IMG/VR virus record: IMGVR_UViG_3300032024_000213
Span: 1-32,279 of that record
DNA length: 32,279 nucleotides
Source of the DNA: a virus
Lineage: Duplodnaviria; Caudoviricetes
Strand: one strand, 5' to 3'
Program-made: the position numbers and the translations under genes
Notes under the pieces: generated by a model
Told to the model about the DNA's origin: nothing
The model's database searches: none
The model's input: only the letters and a program-made list of their open reading frames with translations
Shown: positions 25,304 through 32,279 of the stretch, piece by piece
How positions within the stretch are numbered: the stretch's first letter is position 1
How the letters are laid out: the number at the start of each line of letters is the position of its first letter

Positions 25304-25622
25304 CGATCGGCCCCCCTGACGCCAGCCGCGAGCGGCCGCGCACGATGTCCCGCGCCGTCGCGGTGCCAACGCCGTAAGCCGCGCCCAGGGTCGCGTAGCC
25401 GCGCCCAACGAAGGCGCCGCGGCGATGTGCAACGCCAGCGCGACGCCACTCTGCCCAAGTCTCGCGCATGGCGCGCACCCCGGCATCGGTCAGGGTCCTG
25501 CGCGCCGAAGCGAGCGCTCGCGGCAGCAGTCGCTCGACCAGCGCCGCATCGGCCGTCGTGGTCATACCGCGCGCCACGCGGTCGATCAGCGCGCTGCGGG
25601 AATCTCGATCCAGTAGAGCCAT
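25296..25622 (-). CDS. Hypothetical protein with C-terminal HTH (108 aa)
   Basis: Start MALLDRD after GGGGGA; HTH-like YATLGAAYGVGTATARDIV. Confidence 0.65.
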   Translation of the reverse strand: MALLDRDSRSALIDRVARGMTTTADAALVERLLPRALASARRTLTDAGVRAMRETWAEWRRAGVAHRRGAFVGRGYATLGAAYGVGTATARDIVRGRSRLASGGPIDD

Positions 25623-25804
25623 ATATCCCCCACTCGTTGGCAGGCCACCGGCACGCCGTTGTGGCGCAGCTCGGCGGCGATGCTGTTGACGGCGCACACT
25701 CCAGCGCCACGGACAATCTCCATCGTGCTGCGCGGTCGGCCGTCCGCCAGAAGCGCTTGCACGCGCTGCAGACGGTCGCTGTGGCTGAGCCGCGCGGCGT
25801 GCAC
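25586..25804 (-). CDS. Small winged-HTH protein (72 aa)
   Basis: GTG start after GGAGG; RLQRV..LL.DG...STMEI....VCAVNS..AELR.NG motif. Confidence 0.7.
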   Translation of the reverse strand: MHAARLSHSDRLQRVQALLADGRPRSTMEIVRGAGVCAVNSIAAELRHNGVPVACQRVGDIWLYWIEIPAAR

Positions 25805-26043
25805 TATTCGGCCTCCGGAAACCACAGCTGATAGACCTCGGCGTACGTGCCGTCGCGGTTGACGTGGAGGCCGCGAAAATCATCTATGACGCCGCCGAGC
25901 TTCAACGCCAATCGCTCGGCGGCACCGCGACCCCATAGGGTCGAGCGGGCGCGCTTGCTGGTCGCGGATGCGGAGGCGACCCATGTACCACAGCGATAGT
26001 TGACCAATGCACCAACGATTTTTCCCGGCTTGCCCATTTTCAT
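25804..26043 (-). CDS. Hypothetical protein (79 aa)
   Basis: AGGAG RBS; ATGA overlap with gam. Confidence 0.7.
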   Translation of the reverse strand: MKMGKPGKIVGALVNYRCGTWVASASATSKRARSTLWGRGAAERLALKLGGVIDDFRGLHVNRDGTYAEVYQLWFPEAE

Positions 26044-26588
26044 TGTGTGGTCTCCTCAGATATCTGGGCCAGCAGCGCTTCCAGCGCCCGGTCGAGCTCG
26101 CTCTCGATGTCGCGCAGCACGACCACGTCGCTGTCGTCCTCGATCGCGATCGCCAGCCGGCGCAGGTCGGCGGCGGTCAGGTCGTACACCGCCGGCTTGT
26201 GGACCGCCTCACGCACCCGGATCAGCAACGCCGCCTGATCGGCGGGCAGTTGTTGGCGTATGCGTTGGATCGTCTTGGCCTCATCGTCGATGACGACCTT
26301 GCCGCGCGCCTTGGCCCAGCCGACCTTCACCCCGTGGATCACCCGGGTCTTGGTCCTGGCCCACAGGCTGGCGTCGGACTGCTCGATGGCGGCGCGCAGC
26401 GCCAGTTCCGCGCCGGCAACCTCGGTCAGCGCAGAACGGAGGTCAGGCAGGTTGGACTGCTTGACGACTTCCATCATCGCGTTAACCTCGCCTGCCAGCC
26501 GGCGCAGGTGGTCGCGCCGGTCGCGGTAGACAGCACAACGCTGCTCGATCGCGAGCAGGGGATGGGTGGATTCGCTGGTCTCGGTCAT
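26040..26588 (-). CDS. gam: Host-nuclease inhibitor Gam-like protein
   Basis: N-terminal coiled coil and KTRVIHGVKVGW.K..G motif; early-region position; GAGGA RBS (alternative ATG at 26594). Confidence 0.8.
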   Translation of the reverse strand: MTETSESTHPLLAIEQRCAVYRDRRDHLRRLAGEVNAMMEVVKQSNLPDLRSALTEVAGAELALRAAIEQSDASLWARTKTRVIHGVKVGWAKARGKVVIDDEAKTIQRIRQQLPADQAALLIRVREAVHKPAVYDLTAADLRRLAIAIEDDSDVVVLRDIESELDRALEALLAQISEETTQ

Positions 26589-26590
26589 GG

Positions 26591-27256
26591 TCATTCCTCG
26601 GTTGCGTTGTGGTGGATATCGTGCAGCGCGTCGCGGTAGCGCTCGCCAACACAGGGCGGTGTCTCGTCCTCGTCCGGCGGGTCGGGATCGATCAGCAGGA
26701 TCATTTCGCAGGTATAGCGGCCTGCGTCGTCCGGCAGGCTGACCACATCGGCCAGGCCGCGGTCCCGCAGCCAATCCACGGCCTCAACGATCACGCGGTC
26801 GGCCTCGGCCAAGGTGCATACCGTTTCCCCGGCTGCATTGCACGGCACGTACATTTCGTCTGCGTCGTCGGGCGAGCAGAACCACCGGATCGCGCCCCGC
26901 ATCGCCTCGTCGGCGATCGCCACCGCGCGCTCGAACGTCACACAGCGATTGCAGGTCGAACACGTGCCTGTGCAGACCGGGCCGCTCATGTCCACTCGTT
27001 GGTGCATGACAGCCACGACTGGGTACTTCACCGTGAGCTCCTTATCGGGATTTCCGGAGCCCACAGGTCTGGCCAATCGCACCTTTTCGCCGACGGCAAC
27101 GTCTGGATTTAGCACGATTCGGCCATTCCAAAGACGCCGCTGGAACGGCCGGCTGTCGATCACCGTGCCATCGGAATCGATGTCCCACTCCAGAAAATCC
27201 TGTCCGCAGTCCTGGAACCGGATCGTGCGAACGCGCTGCTTGCGGACGGCGCTCAT
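26591..27256 (-). CDS. Hypothetical protein (221 aa), possibly two fused modules
   Basis: N-terminal FQDCGQDFLEWDI...PFQ..LW.G module and a second Cys-rich module starting at MSGPVC. Confidence 0.65.
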   Translation of the reverse strand: MSAVRKQRVRTIRFQDCGQDFLEWDIDSDGTVIDSRPFQRRLWNGRIVLNPDVAVGEKVRLARPVGSGNPDKELTVKYPVVAVMHQRVDMSGPVCTGTCSTCNRCVTFERAVAIADEAMRGAIRWFCSPDDADEMYVPCNAAGETVCTLAEADRVIVEAVDWLRDRGLADVVSLPDDAGRYTCEMILLIDPDPPDEDETPPCVGERYRDALHDIHHNATEE

Positions 27257-27654
27257 GGCCGCGCCCTCAGCGCCACCACCACCCCACGCGCCCCGGGCAG
27301 AAGCGCGCGCTCCCGGTCTCGGACGATGCGCGCGGCCAGCCGTGCCCGCGCCTGGCGCGCCGCCAGTCGCTGCTTCACGCGCAGCCCGGCAGCGAACCGA
27401 CGGGCCACTGCATCCGGATCCGCATCCGGGTCACGGCTGGCCAGCAGCCTGTCCTGGTACAGCGCGAGCAAGCGGGCCGCGCGCTCGTCCTGGCGTAGGG
27501 GTTCGATCCCCGAGAAGGCATCCGCGCGAGTGACGACAGGCGGCAGCGGCAGCACGTCGGGCCAGCGGCTGCCCAGCGTCGCGGGGGCGGCCGGCAACAC
27601 CGGGCACAGCAGCGCGTGCAGGACGTTCTGCAGCAGAGCGATCGGGGCGCTCAT
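27253..27654 (-). CDS. Hypothetical protein (133 aa)
   Basis: ATGA coupling to the MuB stop and to the next gene; GGGGAG RBS. Confidence 0.6.
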   Translation of the reverse strand: MSAPIALLQNVLHALLCPVLPAAPATLGSRWPDVLPLPPVVTRADAFSGIEPLRQDERAARLLALYQDRLLASRDPDADPDAVARRFAAGLRVKQRLAARQARARLAARIVRDRERALLPGARGVVVALRARP

Positions 27655-28619
27655 GGCGCGGTCTCCCCGGTCAAGTCGCGCCACGCCGCGATCAGGTGCG
27701 CCTCGGCGAGCGGCTCGGCCGCACCCGCCGCCATCAACCGCGCCAGCCGCAGGCACTTGGTTACACCGCGTAGGGCGCCAGCCTGCCCGCCGATGGCGCT
27801 CAGGCGCTTCAGTTCGCCGCTGCCTGTCACGCCGTATTCGGCCGCCAGCCGTGCAACGTCCTCGCGGCTCGCGCGCGGCAGCCGCAGGCGCCGGCCGATC
27901 CGGCTGAACAGCCGGTCCAGCCAGGCGGCGCGGGTGCCACCGGTCATGCGGGCGTACAGGATTTCATTTCCGAGCAGCGCGATCCCGATGCCAGTCGCGT
28001 CATGCACCGCGCGTAGCGCGTCCAGCGCCGGCACGGATAGGTGCTGCGCCTCGTCGACAATCAGCAGGCCGCCGGTACCGCGGACGCGGGCGACGATCTC
28101 GCGCTGCATCCGCGCCCCGCCACCCGGCAGCTCGCGCATGCCGAGCGCAAGGCAAACCTCTTCCAGTGCCGGCGTGACACCTGCCGTCGCCGGGCTCATG
28201 GTCGCGATCCACACCGACGGGTAGCGGCGCTGGTACTCGCGTGCCGCGGTGCTCTTGCCCACGCCCGCGCCGCCGTAGATCACGGCGATATCCTCGGCCA
28301 TCTGCGCGTAGCCCAGCGCGTCCAGCACGCGGCCGGCGGTCGGCGTTTCCACCCAGACCGGCGCCGCCGGCATCTGCGGCTGCGCCTCCCGCTCGCGCAG
28401 GCCCAACAGCCACTGCCCCAGCTTGAGCGCCAGCCGGCGCGGATCGGCGGCGTAGTTACCGCCGAGCAGCTGCGTCAGGCTGGACGAGGACACGCCCGCC
28501 TCGCGGGCCACCTGCGCCTGCGACAGCCCACGCCGCTCGATCTCGTCCCGCACCTGAACCAGCGTCTCCTCGGTGCCTACATCGGTTTTCAGTGCCACCA
28601 CTGTGTTGCTCATGCTCAT
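27651..28619 (-). CDS. MuB-like transposition AAA+ ATPase
   Basis: N-terminal HTH, Walker A GGAGVGKS, Walker B LLIVDEAQ and LFSRIG; GAGG RBS before MSMSN. Confidence 0.93.
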   Translation of the reverse strand: MSMSNTVVALKTDVGTEETLVQVRDEIERRGLSQAQVAREAGVSSSSLTQLLGGNYAADPRRLALKLGQWLLGLREREAQPQMPAAPVWVETPTAGRVLDALGYAQMAEDIAVIYGGAGVGKSTAAREYQRRYPSVWIATMSPATAGVTPALEEVCLALGMRELPGGGARMQREIVARVRGTGGLLIVDEAQHLSVPALDALRAVHDATGIGIALLGNEILYARMTGGTRAAWLDRLFSRIGRRLRLPRASREDVARLAAEYGVTGSGELKRLSAIGGQAGALRGVTKCLRLARLMAAGAAEPLAEAHLIAAWRDLTGETAP

Positions 28620-28659
28620 AACTACCTCTCTGTTGAGCCCCGCCCGGGGCAGGAAGGTC

Positions 28660-30792
28660 CTACTCGTCCACCACCCGCAGCCGCTCGCGCGGCCGCATCC
28701 ACTCGCGCACCACCGCATCGGCGGCGCTCACGTAATCGCCGGTGCCAGTCGCCTGCAGCGCCTCGCCCTGGGCCATGCGGCGCGGTTCCGGCATCAGCCG
28801 CACCGCGCCCGGCGCAGGCGTCGGCGCATCGCCGACGCTGGGCAACATCGCGGCGGCCTCGGCGACACTCATCTGCAACTCGGCTTCGCGTAGCGCTTGC
28901 GCGGCCTTAAGGCGGCGCTTGTTATTCCGGTTGTGCGTCTTGGCGGTTTCGGCATCATCGAATCGCGCGACCGTGCGCTCGGCCTCGCCGATCAGCTCGC
29001 CGGACAGGCTGTACACAGCCACCGGCCGCTCCAGGTGCTCGGGGTCAAACCTGGCGGCCACCTTCTGCCCGATAAAGCCGGGCAGCGCATCGCACCAGTA
29101 AAGGTTCCCGCCGATAGCGACGTGGCCGCTCTGGCGGACCTTTATGCCTTCGACTGCGAGCAGCCACAGGCGCCGCTGCTCGGTCGTCGGCCGGCGGATC
29201 ACTGCCTGGGCAAACGCCGCGTTGAACGTCTCGTCAAAACTCCGCCCGCGCGCGGTCTCGGTACGCCGGCCAGTGCGGGCGTTGTGCTCGCGGATGCCGT
29301 CCGCAACGATGGCGTGAAAATCAGCCCAGTCCAGCACCCGGTCGCCGTAGTTATGCGGCTTGCTGACCGTGTTGCTGCCGGTGTAGGCGCCGCTGCACTT
29401 CGGATGCCGCGATACCCCTTCGCAGAGGTCGCGCCAGGCGCGTTCGATCGGCTTGGACTGGCCGTGGTAGGGCGTGGTCCAATGCGCCTCGGTGCCCAGC
29501 AGCCCGAACAGGCCGATCGGGTCGTCCTCGCGGACGGTAAACCGATAGCGGAAATCGCTACCACCGGTCAGCCACTTGTTGGCGAACTCGCGGCCGTTGT
29601 CGAGGTAGGCGTGGCTGGGGACACCGTAGGAGTCGATCATGTCGCCAAACGACAGCCGCACCAGATGCTGGTTGAGGGTCATGCCCAGGCGCCAGGACAA
29701 CACCTGGCCGCTGAACAGGTCTTGCCAGGCCACCAGCACCGGCCGGCCGGTCTCGCCGGTCGGCAACCGAACCATCACATCGAAATAATGGCCATCGGCA
29801 TTCACCGCCTCCAGCGGCGCCAGATGGCCCCGGGTGCGAGTGACATGCGGCAGCCTGCGTAGCAGCGCGTCCTTGCCCTCGCGGCACAGGGCCACCAATT
29901 GCCAGGGCAGCGCCTCCAAGCGACGCTCGACGGTCTTCAGCGACGGCACCAGCCAGCCGTGGTTCGCCGCAACCTGTTGCAGGCGCCGGTAGCACGCCGA
30001 AGCCGATGGCTGCTCGGCCCGCAACCAGTCGGCCTTGATGAACAGCCAGGCGTCCGGGCTGATCTCGGCGTGTGCCTCGCGGCCGCTGTAGCGCGGCGCC
30101 AGCAACGGCGCGTAATCGCCCGGGTGAGCGCGATCAACGCCCGGCAGCCGCACATCGCCATACCACCAGCGCGTCAGCGTCGGTGCCGGCACGCTCTCGG
30201 CCTGTGCCACCTGCGCAATCGCCGCGCCCTTTCGCAGCCCGGCATCCAGCAGATGGCGCACCTTCAGGCAGATTGCCGACCGCCGCCGGCCTTCCGCCTG
30301 GATGCTCTCCGGGCGGCTGGCCAGCCAGTTCCACAGGGATTCGCGGGCCTGCGCCACCTGCGTGGCGGCATCGCTCAGCGCGGAATCAGCCGCAGCGGCG
30401 CGATCACCTCTTGCGCCTCGTTCCAATGCCGCTGGCAAACGCCCCGCCCGTTCGCCAGCCGGTACGCCACCGGCAGCCGGCAGCGTGCCCCGCGCCGGGT
30501 GGTCGCCTCGCAGCGGGTTGGACCGCAGCAGAATGATATTGGATTGGGTTGCTGGGATGTTTTCATGGGTCGTTCCTGCCGTATTTGAGCCGCCGCGCAG
30601 TAACCACTGCGCCACCACAATTTCCCGCACTACCTGCGGCAGGCTGGGAATATGGATTTCGTAGCCTTTGCCTCGAACTTTGGTTCGAGACGCAACCAAA
30701 TTTTTTTCCAGCCAGAGGCGCACACCGCGATCCGTTCCAGGCACCCCGGGCACACGGAGTGCGGCCAACTGTTGGGGCGTAATCCAATCCAT
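28660..30792 (-). CDS. MuA-like DDE transposase (710 aa)
   Basis: N-terminal Mu-type HTH (WITPQQLA...PGVPGT.RGV), catalytic NADGH / YLDNGREF / SKPIERAW, and a C-terminal Mu transposase domain. Confidence 0.95.
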   Translation of the reverse strand: MDWITPQQLAALRVPGVPGTDRGVRLWLEKNLVASRTKVRGKGYEIHIPSLPQVVREIVVAQWLLRGGSNTAGTTHENIPATQSNIILLRSNPLRGDHPARGTLPAAGGVPAGERAGRLPAALERGARGDRAAAADSALSDAATQVAQARESLWNWLASRPESIQAEGRRRSAICLKVRHLLDAGLRKGAAIAQVAQAESVPAPTLTRWWYGDVRLPGVDRAHPGDYAPLLAPRYSGREAHAEISPDAWLFIKADWLRAEQPSASACYRRLQQVAANHGWLVPSLKTVERRLEALPWQLVALCREGKDALLRRLPHVTRTRGHLAPLEAVNADGHYFDVMVRLPTGETGRPVLVAWQDLFSGQVLSWRLGMTLNQHLVRLSFGDMIDSYGVPSHAYLDNGREFANKWLTGGSDFRYRFTVREDDPIGLFGLLGTEAHWTTPYHGQSKPIERAWRDLCEGVSRHPKCSGAYTGSNTVSKPHNYGDRVLDWADFHAIVADGIREHNARTGRRTETARGRSFDETFNAAFAQAVIRRPTTEQRRLWLLAVEGIKVRQSGHVAIGGNLYWCDALPGFIGQKVAARFDPEHLERPVAVYSLSGELIGEAERTVARFDDAETAKTHNRNNKRRLKAAQALREAELQMSVAEAAAMLPSVGDAPTPAPGAVRLMPEPRRMAQGEALQATGTGDYVSAADAVVREWMRPRERLRVVDE

Positions 30793-30882
30793 GCCGGTTA
30801 CCCAATCGTCAGGTGTGGTTGGGGGTTGCTACCCTTGGCGGCGACGCGGGCAGCGTCATCCACCACCAAAGGAGCAACCCCC

Positions 30883-31101
30883 ATGAACGAATTGCCATAT
30901 ACGCCAGCCGACGAAAAGGCACTGGCGCTGCTATACGCATACCAGGCGCTGGTCAAGGCATTGGCGGAATCCGGTGCGCTGCGCATGGATGATCTCTTCA
31001 GGGAGTTGTCCGGCGCGCAAGGCGCCGCACAACACGCTGGAGAAACCGGTGCAGCCAGTTTGCTCGGCGCGCTCGCAGAGCAGATGCAGGGACTCGGGTA
31101 G
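30883..31101 (+). CDS. Antisense 72-aa hypothetical protein between ner and transposase
   Basis: Strong AAAGGAG RBS; helical protein-like sequence MNELPYTPADEKALALLYAYQALVKAL; fills a gap in the early operon. Confidence 0.7.
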   Translation: MNELPYTPADEKALALLYAYQALVKALAESGALRMDDLFRELSGAQGAAQHAGETGAASLLGALAEQMQGLG

Positions 31102-31149
31102 CCCACCCTGCGGGCGGCGTGTGGGTGCACCAATCGAATCGCTCACGCA

Positions 31150-31368
31150 TCACGCCGCCTCCCGCTGGTTCAAGGTCTTCTTTAGGTCGAGGATCACCTG
31201 GCGACCTATCCCGCCGTGCGGCCGATCCGGCCGCTGGCCCCAGTCGTACACCACCCGCCGCACTGTCACCGGTAGGTAGCCGTGCGCCACCGCCCAGGCC
31301 GCCAGCGAGCGATAGCCCCGCAGCATCACCTGCGCCCGCACTGTGTTCATATCCCCGATCGTCTGCAT
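31150..31368 (-). CDS. ner: Ner-like DNA-binding protein
   Basis: First early gene, divergent from the repressor; VRAQVMLRGYRSLAAWAVAHGY HTH pattern. Start uncertain (31368 or 31350). Confidence 0.75.
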   Translation of the reverse strand: MQTIGDMNTVRAQVMLRGYRSLAAWAVAHGYLPVTVRRVVYDWGQRPDRPHGGIGRQVILDLKKTLNQREAA

Positions 31369-31408
31369 AGGTTCTGTCCGCGTGGCATCATGGCTAACGT
31401 TAGACGCC

Positions 31409-31436
31409 ACTCTAGCACTCTGAAGTTCGATGTCAA
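31409..31436 (-). promoter_or_regulatory. Early lytic promoter (Pe-like)
   Basis: TTGACA (31431-31436), 16 nt, then TAGAGT preceded by TGc (extended -10); TCGAAC repeats flank the -35. Confidence 0.7.
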
Positions 31437-31495
31437 CACTTTAGTTCGAGCCTGTATCTCTGTTCCGATTCGCAGGTTGTGAGGAGGTCGCTGCC

Positions 31496-32020
31496 ATGCC
31501 GGATAAACGAGTGTCCGATCAATCGGTTGCATACGCATCGGAACGCCTGACGGAATCGGAACACCAGTTCCGATTCGAGGCGGGCAAATCGGAACTGCGA
31601 GATCGCGTCCGCGAGGTCATAGGCGACGAACCCGTCGCCGCGTTCGCCCGCAAGTGTGGGTTCAGCGAGACCTTGGTGCGGAAGTATCTGCGTGGTTCGC
31701 TGCCGTCATCTGAGAACCTGACGACAATCGCGCGTGTAGCTGGAGTGACTATCGACTGGTTGGCCACCGGCAAGGGCATCCGCACGCGGGCTGAGCTGGT
31801 GGCTTTGCAGCGCATACGCGGTGCGGACGGGCTTTTGCCGGCCGAGCACCCCCACGCCAGACGCTGGGCAAAGCTAATCGAACTAGTCGAGCAGATCGAC
31901 GACCCTGAGCGGCGCGATGCAATGGTCGCCGACCTTTTTGCGCGCGCTCAAGAGGCCTCAGACATAGCCGCGCTGCGCAAGACGGTCGCGGAACTCCGCG
32001 CCGCCGCAAAGGGGGCCTGA
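31496..32020 (+). CDS. XRE-family HTH prophage repressor (174 aa)
   Basis: GAGGAGG RBS; FARKCGFSETLVRKYLRGSLP...IARVAGVTIDWLATGKG; leftmost gene position as for Mu c; no S24 peptidase domain seen. Confidence 0.88.
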   Translation: MPDKRVSDQSVAYASERLTESEHQFRFEAGKSELRDRVREVIGDEPVAAFARKCGFSETLVRKYLRGSLPSSENLTTIARVAGVTIDWLATGKGIRTRAELVALQRIRGADGLLPAEHPHARRWAKLIELVEQIDDPERRDAMVADLFARAQEASDIAALRKTVAELRAAAKGA

Positions 32021-32062
32021 CCCCGCCTCAAACGCTCTCAAACGCCGCCTTGCTCGGCTCTT

Positions 32063-32226
32063 GTTCTTCTCATCTCATGTGTCGCATTTAGCCCGTTTCG
32101 GCCCACGACAGCGTTTCTCTATCAAATCGTCCTACCTGCCAAATCGCCCGCAAACCCTCGCCAAATAACGCTTTTTCGCGTTTCTTCTCGGATCTTCTCT
32201 TTTCTCAGATCAAGTGTCTGCGCACA
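32063..32226 (-). repeat. Left-end transposase binding sites and TGT terminus
   Basis: Minus-strand GACACTTGATCTGAGAAAAGAG (32197-32218), partial GATCCGAGAAGAAAC (32180-32194) and GACACATGAGATGAGAAGAAC (32063-32083) match the right-end 22-mer. Confidence 0.8.
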
Positions 32227-32279
32227 ACCAGGACGAAATGCCCGCCATGCTCGCCCAAGCCCAGGCGATCGCACGCAGC

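Larger units (their letters stand above)
56..32226 (-). mobile_element. Complete Mu-like transposable (pro)phage with a siphovirus-type tail
   Basis: The termini are inverted relative to each other: TGTAAGCG-GACACATGATCTGCGAAG at 56 (+) and TGTGCGCA-GACACTTGATCTGAGAAA at 32226 (-). The gene order repressor/ner/MuA/MuB/gam/gemA/mor/lysis/head/tail is Mu-like. Confidence 0.95.

Noticed and set aside
1-32279. Frequent CGATCG/GCGATCGC sites as HIP1-like repeats
   Set aside because: They can be explained by Ile/Asp/Ala codon usage in a high-GC genome; enrichment was not computed.

Overview
The window is an essentially complete ~32.2 kb Mu-like (transposable) temperate phage genome. It runs from a TGT terminus at 56 to an ACA terminus at 32226, has 22-bp transposase-binding repeats at both ends and only ~55 bp of host flank on each side. 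The flanks show no target-site duplication. Almost all genes are on the minus strand. From right to left: an XRE repressor (plus strand), a Ner-like regulator, MuA DDE transposase, MuB ATPase, Gam, small early genes, GemA and a Mor-family activator. Next comes an accessory island (22.08-23.17 kb), then a lysis cassette (SAR endolysin, 37-aa membrane peptide, nested Rz/Rz1). The head module follows (terminases, portal, Zn-finger, MuF with a C-terminal nuclease-like extension, gpG, protease/scaffold, capsid). Last is a non-contractile tail module (tube, -1 frameshifting chaperone, 1848-aa tape measure, three tip genes). No mom, gin or obvious tail-fibre gene is present. The most notable element is a plus-strand unit at ~22.08-22.6 kb. 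It is a type I-G-like CRISPR repeat split into two halves around a spacer-sized insert (ending GGCCTCATTGAAGC), and it forms the leader of a 116-aa orphan gene with weak Cas6/Csb2-like features. This is a candidate phage crRNA-mimic/anti-CRISPR module. All family assignments come from motif recognition and synteny; no searches were run.
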